In this document: one piece after another, positions 21,715 through 34,200 of the stretch | Layout: every line of letters starts with the position of its first letter | Numbering within the stretch: position 1 is the first letter of the stretch | Assembly (NCBI GenBank): GCA_047284725.1 | Contig: JBJBEO010000001.1 | Location: 888,203 to 952,202, forward strand | Source of the DNA: Synechococcus sp. | GTDB lineage: Bacteria > Cyanobacteriota > Cyanobacteriia > PCC-6307 > Cyanobiaceae | Length of the DNA: 64,000 nucleotides | Direction: 5' to 3' | Made by a program: the position numbers and the translations under genes | Notes under the pieces: model-generated | Database searches by the model: none | Seen by the model: only the letters and a program-made list of their open reading frames with translations | Told to the model about the DNA's origin: nothing

Positions 21715-22770
21715 TAATGCGGAAGTTATCGAAAATACTGCTCCCGCCCAGGGTCATAAGGCCTACCTCACCGTCTACGACTATGCCGTTGTAGTTGTAG
21801 CCGATGACCGCATTGCCGTTTACGTTGACACTCACGGATCGGCCTTTGAGCGACACTTCGAGGTCATACTCGGTCAGCTCGTTTAGAGTCCATGCCGCCG
21901 AGGCGTCGTGGATTATTCCGGAATCCCTGTAGTGACCAATGACCACCTGGTCGGCGTCTTCATCCAGGATGGCGAACTTGAAGTCATCTTCCTTGTAGTA
22001 GTCGAATACCACTCCACCGAAGGATTTGACTTTGAGATCAGTCCAGATGTTGAGGTACGAATCGTAGGCAATGTTCAAGCCGATGGTCGACAGTGCCACG
22101 TTGTCGCCAATTGCTGTGGCTTCGTACTTCTCGGTTTGCGAGTTGACCGTCCACGTGTCTTTTTGGACCACGAAGTCATCGGCGATGCCGTCGGAAAAGT
22201 CTTCGGTCTCATCGTAGGTGTAATCCGGAGGCAAAACCTTGACGAAGACATCGTCAATGCGGGCCTTGGAGTCATAAGAGCCGATACCTATTAGTCCGTT
22301 ATTGAGGTTGTACTGGAAACCATCATCATCGATACGTGGCTCGTAAACGTGGGTGAAGATATCCTTGCCATCAATTACTAACGATGCCGTTAAGCCGTTG
22401 ATTGACAGAAGCACGCTGTAGTCCTTGTTGGGCCTGAGCTTGGCATTCGTCTGTTTGATCTCGTGCCAGCCGCTCGCATCGCGATAGCCCATTTCCAACT
22501 TGTCGTTGGAAATGTTGACCCCGGCCCACTTGAAGTCTGTTGGGTTCTGGTAGTCGAAGACGATGTAGCTGTTCGCTTTCGAGCCGCCGATGGGCTTGGC
22601 GGCGTTGATCGTCGCCTCGATTTCGTAGTAGATCGGCAGGTACTCGTCGAGGTAGTAAACAGCAACGGCATCCCCGCCGGGCGTAGCTGGTGCCACCTCG
22701 AGACGGCCCTGATTGACGTTGAAGACTCCGCTGTCGACCAGGAATCGCTCATTGGTGCCATTGTTGAAGT
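21715..22770 (-). other. Two tandem concanavalin/LamG-like beta-sandwich domains (approximate limits)
   Basis: Paired motifs YIVFDYQNPTDFKWAG and GVVFDYYKEDDFKFAI, ending GLIGIG..ARIDDV and GEVGL..SIFDNF. Confidence 0.55.
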
Positions 22771-23049
22771 CGGCACCTCGCAGCACGTCGCGGCTGCCGC
22801 CAGGGATGTTGCCTGGCTGCGGATCCTGAGGAGCACCTGTCTGTTCTTGCCATAGAGCATTGTCTTTCTGGGTGGTCAGCCCCAGTTCTCCGTTGGGCTC
22901 CCCATTGCGATCGGGGTTGTTGAACGTGTCTGCCGCGCGCGTCTGATCGGCGCCTTGGCTCTCCGAAAGGTCATAGAGGAAGTCGAACAGCGCTGGCGTG
23001 ACTTGACGACTCACAGTACCAAGGCCGAATGCCGCGAACGGCACCAAAT

Positions 23050-25870
23050 AGCTGTTGTACTCGCCGACCCAGTCAATCAGACGGTCGCCACCTGTATTGG
23101 CGATGAGCACATCCATCCCCGCGCCACCGAAGGCTCGATCCTCCCAGAAAGGATGGGTCTCCGGCTGGTCGTTGAGCTCACCGTTGGTGCCCAAGACATC
23201 GTCGGCGTTGAGCACGTCATTGCCCCAGCCACCGTAGATGCTGTCAGTTCCCGTACCTCCGACCAGCCAATCGTTGCCAAGGTCACCAAAAAGTACGTCA
23301 GCGCCATCGTCGAATGCGGTTCCGTACTCCAGATGTTGCTGTAATTTCGCACCTGTGTCTTTGTCGTCGAAGTTCAGGAACCACTCGAAGCCGTCGGTGG
23401 TTTTGTTGAGCGAGCCGTCAACGTTAAGCTCGATCTTGCGCAGTGGATCGAACTCGTCGTAAACCGCGAACTCTCCGTCGCGCTCACTTGAAAAGCGCAG
23501 TGCGTCCCCTGGGTTGAACGGTCTTGCCCAGTCGCTGCGCTGGATGGTGATGATGCCGTTGCCATCGTCGACCTGCGTGTAAGCCAGGGTCAGCGCCTCG
23601 GCTCCCGACATCGCGTCATCACCCGAGCCGCCGTGCAGGAAGTCGGCCTGAAGGCCGCCGAAGATGATGTCGTTGTAATTGTCCGAGGCGTCCCAGAGCT
23701 GATTGTCGAAGCCTTGGGTGATCGGGTTCACGTTGAACGGCGTCAGGTTGACGCTCTTCTTCAGCGCACCGGACACGTTGATCGTAGCCTGTTGCGCCTG
23801 GCCCGGCGTAGAAATTTCGAGGTCGAGGTTGCCCGCATCGATGGCGTCGATGCCGAAGAACGACTCGCCCGTCGAGGCATTGCGGCTGGTGTAGATACGT
23901 CCGTCATCACCGATCACGCCGTCCTGGCCAGTGCCACCGGAGATCCAGTCGTTGCCGTAGCCACCGATCAGGTCGTCGTCGTCGGCATCACCGAAAAGCA
24001 CGTCGTTGCCGACCATGCCGTAGATGAAGTCGTCACCCGACTCACCGTGGATCTCGTCGCCGGCGCCGATGTCGCTCTCCTGGCTGGCAGGGTCGTGATC
24101 GATGCCGCCCTGGGTGTAGTCGACCAGGTCGACGGCGCGAACGACGATGCGCTCGCTGCCGCGATTCTCGGAACTCGAGGACTGGTCGTAGGTAAACGCG
24201 AGCATCGCACCGCTGGAGTCGACCAGGCGGTAGATATTGGCGTTGTCACCGGCGATGGCATCGGAGTCGCGCCCGTGGCGTTCCTCGAACACCAGGTCGA
24301 CCGCCTGATCCTCGACGGTGTACTCGTTGCGATTGATGCGCGTCGCCGCGCCGCCGAAGATCAGGTCCGCCGCGTCCGGACGATCCGTCGGATCGACCAA
24401 GCCGAACAGAATCGAGCTGCCGCCGATGATGTCGTCCTGGCCAAGGTTGCCGAAGATGACATCGGAGCCGCCGTTGCCCTCGATGTAGTCGTCACCGTCG
24501 TCGACGCCCTCTATCGAGGCGTTGACTACCAGCAGACCGTCACTGTCGCGGTACGCACCGACCGTCGTCTGGGCGACGTTGCCGGCGTCGAGTTCGATGA
24601 ACGAGTCACCCTGTATGGTGTCGTCACCGAGCTGACCGAAGATTTCGTCATCGTCAGCGCCACCCGCGATGTAGTCGTCACCGAAGCTGCCGGCGAACGG
24701 AGTATCGGAGTGGTCGAGCAGGACGATGTCGCGTGCCGTATCTCCGCTCGGGTCGAGCTCCGCCGCACCGGCGATCAGCGCCTTTCCGTCGGTGCCACCG
24801 ACGATGTCCTCGCCGTAGATGGTGCTGCCCTGCAGCTGGCGGAAGCGTTTGCGCAACGAATCGCCGCGACGAACGATGGTCGCGTTGTCACCGGCGATGG
24901 CGTCGTTTCCGGCGCCGCCGTCGATGAAGTCGCCCGCGTCCTGGCCATTGGCGACGTTGTGCCCCCCGATGATGTCATCATCGCCGTTGTTGCCGAAGAT
25001 TGTGTCGCTACCCTGCTGACCAAGGATAATGTCGTCGCCGGCATCGCCGGTGATGAAGTCCGCGTCGCCGAGCAGGTCGTCGAGAGGGAACCACACGCTG
25101 CTTCCGAGAGTTTCGGTCTCGATGGCGGTGAAGGTGAATGGCGGAGTCATCGTCGCTTGCGGCAGGGACGCCGGATCCAGCACACCTCCGAGCGTCTGCT
25201 CGATGCGGCCGTTGTCGCCGAAGATGAGGTCCTCACCGTCGTTACCCGAGATGGTGTCGCGACCGGCGCCACCGAGGACGATGTCATTGCCCTCGTCACC
25301 GGCAATTCTGTCGTCGTCGGGACGTGTGATGAACGTCTGAATACGATCGACCGCGGCGTCGGCGTCAAGAGCTAGGTCCATGGTGCCGTGATCGCCGAAG
25401 ATCAGGTCGTTGCCGGTGTTGCCGTGGATGTCATCACCGCCGGTCCCACCAAAGATCAGGTCGTCGCCGGCATCACCGAAGATGAAGTCGCCCGCGCCGT
25501 TGTCGGGGATGGTGCTGGTGATGAAAGTCACCTGCTCCGTTGTGCGGATGCGCTCCGTACCCGGCTGCAGGTCGATACGACCGTGGTCGCCGAAGATGAT
25601 GTCGCCATCATCTCCGCCGTGGATGGTGTCCGAACCGGTCGCCATGTCGTCGCGGCTACGCGAGTCGGCTGTGTCGACGTCGACTACGCTCAGCCACAGC
25701 GTGGTGCCGTCGCGGTGCGGCAGGTCAACGTTGAAGCCGGAGTCGCCGTAAATGTGGTCGGTGCCTTTCTGGCCGAAGATCTCGTCGTTACCGGAACCGC
25801 CGGCGATGTGGTCACCGTCCATGCTGCCGAAGATGGTGTCGTCGCCACCACCACCGAAGATGGTGATGCC
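23050..25870 (-). repeat. RTX-type Ca-binding nonapeptide cluster (GGxGxDxIxG)
   Basis: Many units such as GGGGDDTIFG, GGSGNDEIFG, GNTGNDLIFG, GGYGNDWISG, GGTGTDSIYG; a further degenerate cluster at ~28360-29500. Confidence 0.9.
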
Positions 25871-27119
25871 GCCGGTGAACTCAAAGGTGCCGTCTTGCTC
25901 GTCGGTGTCGACGCTGGAGATACCGCTCCAGGCCGACGCATCGATGATGTCGTTGCCGGTGCGATCGAAGGCGATGGCGTTGCTGGTGATGCCGGTGACC
26001 ATCGTGATGGTGGCGTCGACGCCGAGTTCTTCGACCGTCAGGCCGCCTGTCAGCGTTAATGTTGTCGCGGTGACGTCTGCGATCTCGTAAGCGCCGTCGT
26101 TGGCGATGCTGCCCTCGATCTCCACCGGGCGACCGACAACGTAGCCGTCGTCAAGCCAGCTGCCGCCGTCGTTGCGGCTGATGGAGCCCGCAGCACCCAG
26201 ATCGACGTTGGCCTCCACTTTGATCGGCGCCGAAGGCACCGAGTCGTAGCGGCTTCCATCTTGCGAAGTGTCGCCGTAGACCACCAGCACGCCGGTGGCC
26301 TTATTAATTACAATTGAATCGCCGCCGACGATGGCTTCGCCTGTATCTGAGACGACCTTGGTCAAGGTCCCGCGGATGGTCTCGGTGGTAAGTGCTCCAA
26401 CTACAGTGATAACGTCGCCATTGATGTCCGCGATCTCATAGGTCGCATTGTTGTCGTCGGTGTCGGTGACCTTGATTGTGTCGCCGACCTCGAAGCCCTC
26501 ATCGATCCAAGAGGTGCCGTCAACGCGGGTGATATCGCTGCCGTCGAAACCGAGGTCGTTGTTGACCTCGAAGATGCTATTACCACCACCGTGAATTACG
26601 GTGACGAGTCGTTCCGCCGCGCCCACCGTGCCGTGGCTGGTGTCGTCGACCTGGAAGTTGTCGTTGCCGACACCCAGCATGATCTCTGTCACCTCGATGT
26701 CGTCGAAGGTGATACCACCCTCGAAGGTCACCAGCTCGCTGCCATCCTGCGCGATGCTGATGTCGAAGGTAGTGGTCGGCCCCATGCCCAACCCCTCGAG
26801 ATTGGTCGGGTTGTCGAGAACGATGATCGGGTTGTTGTCCAGCGTCGTCGAGTGCAGGCGACCCGAATCGTCGGCGAAACTGTTGTCGTTGTAGACATTT
26901 AGCGTGTCAGTCTTGGTGGTCTCGTCGGTGTCATCGACGAAGACGTTGGGCTCGGTGGTCGACTCGGTCGGCAAGACGACAGCCTTCGACAGCGACCGGT
27001 CGCGACCCAGCGCGACACCACCCTCGATGACCACCGGACCTTCGATGGTGTTGAGGCGGTGCTGACCGAGGGTCGGGGCGCGCTCGACATCCTGTCCTGC
27101 CGTGGCCTTGAAATCGGGG

Positions 27120-28200
27120 TTCTGATCGATCACGACAGTCTGTTCTTGGAACCAGTCGGTGTCGGTGAACACCATTTCCGTGGTCAGTTCACCCGTCGCG
27201 ATATTGCCGAGCAACGAGAGGATCGACTGGCCGTCGGAGAACGCGCTCACCGTGACATCGGTGTCCGGCTGGCTCAGTAGGCGCACCGTGTAGGTGTCGG
27301 TGCCGGCGCCCACGACATTGTCCTCGATGACCAGCGTGCTGCCGTTGGACTGCTGTACCAGAATCCCTGGGGTGTCGTCGTCGAGTACGCGGATGCGCAG
27401 CTCGTTGGCATCGGCGTCGACATACACGCTGTCGCCCTCGTTAGCCGTGCCCTCGAACGAGCTGGTCAACAAGTGGTCGATACGGACTGATTCCGGGTTC
27501 TCCTCGGTAGCGTCGTCGCTGGCCTTCACGAACACCGTCTGCTTCACGTCGAAGGTGCTGGCGTCGAAGGTGAGTGCACTGAGCGTCGTGGTGAAGGTCG
27601 CGTCGGTGTAGAACTCCACCTCAGCGTTGCTTTCGATGTTCACTGTGACGATCTCACCGGCCTCAGGCGCCACCGCAAGGCGCACGTCGTAGGTATCGGT
27701 GATCGCACCGGCGCCGACTACCCCTTCGAGAACAAGTGTGCCGCCGTCGGTCTCGTCGATAATGACGCTGCCGAGATCGTCGTCGCGTACCAGCACGACG
27801 GCATTCTTGATTTTGGCGCCGTTGTACGGCTCGTCGGCGCTGTGAATCATGTGGCTGACCATGACGTTGCGGTCGCCCTCGATGACGTCGTCACCGATGG
27901 CGCGGACGAAGACTTCTTGGTCGCTGTCCCAGTCGACGCCCGCGGTAAAGGTCAGAACCACGGCTTCGAAGAAGTTGACGCCATCGGTCGAGACCAGCAC
28001 GGTGCCGGCGTCGCGGCTGCCACCGTCGCGTTTCGGCAGTCGCCTGTCGTGCGAGGACGAGGACGCCGCCGACACCGTGATGTAGACCTCGGTGCCGTCA
28101 GTCACGTCGGCGTCGGCGACCGACAGACCAACCATGTAGGAGTCCTCGTTGTCGACGCTGTCCTCGGTGACGACAATTTCGCCGTCAATGTTGTCGATAA
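27120..28200 (-). repeat. Three Calx-beta-like Ig domains (approximate limits)
   Basis: Repeated V.E....D[ST]Y.V.L...P...V.V ... LTF....W...QxVxV...DD pattern. Confidence 0.6.
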
Positions 28201-31200
28201 CCACCAGGCCGAGCGTCGGGGTGGCGACGTTGAACGGCACGCCCTCGATCAGCAGGCCGTCGTAGTCGGCGTCGCCGCTCATCGAGGCGTGGTTGATGGC
28301 CGCGCTGCGACCCTCGAGGTCCTGGCTCACCACGCGCTCGGTGACGTCGCCGCTGATGTTGAACGTATCCGAACCCAGACCGCCGATGATGGTGGTGACC
28401 GCGTTGGCGCGCGTGCCGAGTACGAAGAAGGTGTCGTCGCCCTCGAGTCCATCGACCTCGACTGCTTCCTCGACGCCATCAAGGCGAATGTTCAGGCCAG
28501 CTCCGAAGATGCCGTCCGGTGTGATGATGAAGGCATCGTCGGCCTCCGTTCCTATTGCCACCACCGTATCGAAGCCGTCACCACCGTTGATGCTCACTGG
28601 CGCGTTGACGTTGTACTCGATCTGGTCTTCGCCGTCGCCGGAGTTGACCTCGATCTCGCCATCGGCCACGAAGGCGCGTACCACGAACAGGTCGTTGCCC
28701 GACTCACCCTCCATGCGCAGCTCGGCCTTATTGGAAAAGACGTTGAACTCGTCCTGGCCCTCGCCACCCTGCAGCACCGCCGCTTCACTGATGCCGAAGC
28801 TCAGCCAGTTGTCGTTGGTGATGCCAGTTAAGCGGATCTCGTCGGAGTCCGAGGTCAGGTCGATGCCTTCCTCCCACGGAGCCGTTCCCGGCACCGCGAT
28901 CGGCACCGAACCGAACACCTGGCCGACCTGGAACATGTCGTCGCCCTCGCCGGCGTCGATAGTCATAACTGTGCTGGTGTCGTCGATGTAGAACTCGTCG
29001 TCCGCGTTGCCGGAGAGGATCTCCAGACGGCCGTTCGTGGTGCCGTCGTAGTTAATACGCTCGACTTCCGGATTTAGCACCGTGGCATCGTCGCTGACCG
29101 GGTTGAGCCACGCCACGAAGTGCTCGCGAATGAGGAAGTAGTCCTTGCCGTCAGCATTGTTGGCGTCTCCGATTTCTGTACCGACGATGGTGAGCTTGTC
29201 GGCACCGTCGTTCTCGGCGCCCGTATCGTGAACGTTGATCAGGTACTCGGTGCGGCCACCCGTGACGTTGATAACGACGCGGTCGGTCTCGGCACCGCCG
29301 TCGATGTCTAAAGTGTCACGAACTTGTTTGTTGCCCACGGGCACACCGTTGACCAGCTTGTCATCATCGAACTGCCGATCGTGGCGCGTGGTCATCCTCG
29401 TCATGTGATCGACGGTGATGAGGTCTTCACCCTCCTGGCCGAATACCTGGGTATGTCCGATGATGCCGGCTTCGGTGGTACCACCTTCCGGACGAATCTC
29501 GATCTCGTCGTCGTCGGCCTCCCCGAGGATGTCGATACGCTGGGCATACGTCTTGCCCTCAAGTATTATTAGTGCCCCGACGCCTGTGTCGTCGTCAAGA
29601 TAATCACCTTCGATCCGTATATAATCGGTCGCATTGATCAGGCTAGTGGCGGCTAGGTGCAGGTTGTCGCCGGCGCGCAGGAAAATGCCGTTTGAGTCGA
29701 TCGGCAACTGGGTCGCCAGCTGCGTCGGGATGACGTCGGCCGCCAGGACGGTACTGTTGGTCGAGACCAGTAAGTCGTCCCCCGCGGTGAGCGTGACGTC
29801 AGCGGTGGTCGCGTGAACCAAGCTGAACTGTCGCAACGTGATGTCGGTGCCGGCGTCGCCAGTAATGTTGATGAAACCGGTGATGGCAGCGTTGTTCTCG
29901 ATGATCAACGCTGCCGCGGTCGCATCGATATCTACCGAACCCGTCGTAGCCGTGACGTCAGAGTCGTCGATGGTGACGCTCTGCGCGGCGGTCAGAGAAA
30001 CATCGGTCCCGGCGATCAGCACTGAGTTGTCAAGGCCCTGAGCCGGTGCATCAACGTCGTCGTTGGTGTCATCAGCGATGGTGAGGTTCATGCCAGCCAT
30101 CGCCACAATCGCGTCGGAGGCACTGACTGTTGATCGGTTCACGACCAGTACGTCATTACCGGCGGTGAGCGTTACAGCGCCACCTTGCGCCGTCACATCC
30201 GAGTCGTCAATGGTGACGTCATCGTTGGCGGTCAACACCACGAAGGTGCCTGCCGTGATGATCGAGTTGTCTTCGCGATCGACGGTTTCGCCTATGTCGT
30301 CAGCATTGTCATCCTGGATTGTGAAATTAGTGCCTGCATTAGCCGTCAACGATATTGCAGCAGTCGCGGTTGAAGTGTTGGTGATGTTGATGTTGCCGCT
30401 AGTGGCCTCTAGATCCACATCGCCCTGTGTCGCCACCACTTCGGAATTGTCGATTGTGAGGTCGGCACCCGCTGTCATAAAGACGTGAGTCGCGGCGTTC
30501 ATCACCGATGCCCGCGCGATCACGACATCGCGCCCGGCATCGATCAGAACCGAGGTGCCCGTGGTGATGTCGGTAGTGTTGTCGAATAGGACATCCTGCG
30601 TGGCTTCCGCAATAAGTGAGGAACCGGCATTGATGGTTGCGTCGATTGCCCTGATTGAACCGCTGGATCCGTCGGCGCTGTTGTAGTCGGCTTCCAGGAC
30701 GATGGCTTTTGCTGCGGTGACCTGTGTGTTGGTCTCGAGGAATAGGTCGTCGCCGGCGAACAGCGAAACATCACCGCCAGTGGACTGAATCTTGATCAAC
30801 GTCTTGACGGTGAGGTCATCACCAATCGAAGCGGATTCGTACGCGTGTACGACTATGTTGCCGCCGGCGGTAATGTTTTCGGCCACCGTGATCGGGCTCT
30901 GCGCCTCGAACAGAACGTCGCCGAATGCCTCGATACCGGTGGCGGACTGGTCGTTGTGTGAGATGGTCACCCCACCGACGTCGACCGCACCGCTGTTGTC
31001 GATGTAAACGTCGCCGCCGGTGGACTTGGCCTCAATGCGCTGCGCCTGCGTGTTGATCGACGCGCCGTTGGAGCCGATGCTGCCGACCGCGAACAGCCAT
31101 AAGTGGCCCGACAGCACGTTGGTCGACGACAGGTCGGCGTCGAAGATGCCACCCTCGGGCGAGGTGATGAAGGCGTTGTTTCCGTTAGAGTCGATCTGGT

Positions 31201-34200
31201 CGAGGTAGAGATGCTGTGTGCCCGAACCGGTGGCCGAACGCTCGGTGATGTAGATGTTGCCGAGCACGCCATTGCTGGTGGCTTTGAGGCTTCCGGTGCC
31301 GGAGTACGAGCTATCGATGTCGAGATCGTTGCCTAGCTGACCGATCGCTCCTGGAAGACCGGTGCCGGCGACCAGGGTGATGTGGTTACCGATGACATCG
31401 GCCTTGGTCTGTGCATCGATGCCGGTGGCGTCTGTGGAGTCCGGATCGAGCGGATTAACGAGGTCAACCGCGTCGAGGATCGACGCGTCCGCTTCGAGCC
31501 AAACGTCTCCGCCAGTCGAAAGAATGTTGCGGACGTTCATCGCCCCCGACGTTTCCGCCAGGAAGATGTCACCGCTTGCCGTGGCCGTGATGGTTCCGGA
31601 AACAGTGTCGAAGTCGAGCAGGTTGCCGGATGCGCCGATGCCATCGAGCGCCCAGAGAATGATGTTCTGGGCCTGGATGTTGGTGAAGTTGTTCTCCAGT
31701 CCATCGAGGATCGAGCCGTCGGCGGCGATCAACACCGCGTCGCCGCCTCCAGCGAACACTGTGCCCACATTCAGATCACTGGCGTCTTCGATGATGAATA
31801 CATCTGCCGCGGCACGTGCGGTGAGGATTCCGCCGCCTACCAGGTCAACGTGGATTTCCTCGCCGTCCTCTCCGATGGTGCCGCTGCCGGCCTCAAGGAT
31901 CAGGTTGTTGGCACGGAAGTTTGTATCTGTATCGCCGATATCCGCCGTCAGGATGCTGGTCCCGACCTTGACACGGACCTCATCGCCAGTGACGGTGTCG
32001 CCCGACTTGATGGAATCGACGTAGATGGTGCCCTCGGAACCGAGGAACACCTGCTCGTCGGCATCGACGTTGACGACTCCGCTGGCCTCGATGTCGATGT
32101 CCTCCACAAGGTTGATGCGGCTGATGTCGATCTGCTGGGTGAAGCCGCCCGCGATATCTACCGTGACTCCGGTCTCGTCGTCGAGCGTGCCGCCGCTGTT
32201 GAGCGTCAGCTTGCTGGCGGTGACATTCTCGATAAGGAAGAACTCGTTGGTGCCAGTGACGTTGGCGCTGTTGCCGGAAATGCTGATCACCATGCCGGCC
32301 TGGAAGCCATCGGCCATCCAGCTGCCGCTGTTCCGGGTGATGGTGTCCTGCCCGGAAATCTCGTCAGCAAAGCTCACCACCACTGCGGTGGCAGTGGCGC
32401 TGACCACCGGCGCGTTCGGGTCAGGAACCACATTCAGCAGCTGAACCGTGGCGAGTTCAGCGGAAAGCGCCTGATCCAGCGTGATGACGTTACCCACCAC
32501 GCTCTCGATCCTATAGGTCTCAAAATCTTCGTTCGCGTTGACGGCATTGCCGACGACCTGGATGAAGTCTCCAGCAGTGAACGCGGCGAAGAGGTCTCCC
32601 GAAATGCGCGTCAGCGTGCCTTTGCCATCACTGTTGCCGAACGCCACCTCCGAAGTAATCGGTGCGCTCTTGAGGTAAGTGACATCGTTACGCTCGGCAG
32701 CCGCCAGCGTCACACGCTCATCATCGGTAAGGGTGATGGTGACGTCGACGTCGACGTTGCTTGCCGTGTTGAACGAAGCCGGCACAACAACGTTATCATC
32801 GTCATCGATGAAGCCGACCGTCAGCACGTTGGTGTTAATCGCAGTGATGATGTAGCTGCCGTTGTCGTGGCCCTCGACGAAGACCTGATCATTAACCGAG
32901 AAGCCCGACCAACCGCCTGAGAAGGTGATGTCCGAACCGGAGAAGCTCATCAGGCCTGACTTCGGTGCAGTGCGGAGCTTGGCGACGTCGATGTCGATGA
33001 AGCCCGAGGTCTCACCGATGCCTCCCCCGACGATCAATGTCACATCGTTACCAGTGATGTTGGCCTCTTCTTCACTGACCGTGGTGTCCGAGACGCCTTT
33101 CAGCAGACCGGCACTGATGCTGAACAACAGCTCTGCCTCTGTCCACACCTTGAAGTTGCCCTCGACGTCCTGTTCTTCGGCGGCCGACAGTTCATACGAG
33201 AAGGCCTCATCAAAGGTATCGACGTCTGAAACGACGCCTAGGTTCTCAAGCAGCGTGTGAAGCGCGTGGTATTGGTCGGTGCGTGATTGCTCGAGCGCCT
33301 GCACCTGCAGCTCGTCGTAGTTGAGCCCAGTCGGGTCGGTGTAGAAGGCGAACTCTTCGGCCGTCAGCGCGACCTGGAAGTCGGCATCGTACGTTCCAGG
33401 GTCGGATTGCATGTTGCGGAACTGCCAGTACGAGCGATATTCCTGCGTACGCTGCGACTCCACCTCGATCTTGGCGTTCTCGATCTTGTCGAGGGCACCG
33501 AGCTCTTCGGTGAGGGAAAGATCCGACCACACGCCGCCCTTGAGTTCGTTGTATGTGCGTTCGTCTCGGGTCTGATCGTCGTTGACGTCGAGCAGATTGC
33601 CGTTGTCGACCTTCACCCAGACATCGCCTCCGGTGATGATCTCTTCGAGGCGAAGGTCACCATCGACCTCTTCGACGTACACGTCACCGGCAGCCTGGAT
33701 GCTGACCTTGTCCTTCAGGAACGTTGGCGATATGGCGGAGTTGATCTCAAGCGGAGTGGCGGCGCTGTTGCCAACGCCACCGGTGGCTGAGGTCAGTGTG
33801 ATGCTGCCACCGGTGATGTGGCTGCCGCCGAACGGCGTGCGGAGGTCAGTTTCCCCAACCCTGATCGCACCCGGCGCAAACAGCTCGACGTCGCCGCCAT
33901 TCTCTGCGGTTATCTCTTCGATCGCCAACTCGCCGATCTGTTCCCTAATGTAGATATCGCCATTCTGGGTTGTTGCTTTCAGGCTCGAAGGATTGACGAC
34001 GGCAGAGGTACCGGTACCGACCGCGGTGACGTCCGCCGTTTCGTCTGTAAGTGAAGCCGCTGCGTTAAGCGTGAGCACCTGCTGTGTGACGTTGTCGATG
34101 AGGTATGTACCGTCGTTCTTGTTGGAACCCACGATGGTGATTGTGTTTCCGGCCTGGAAGCCGTCGAGGGTCCAGTCACCACTGGGGCGTGAAATGAGGT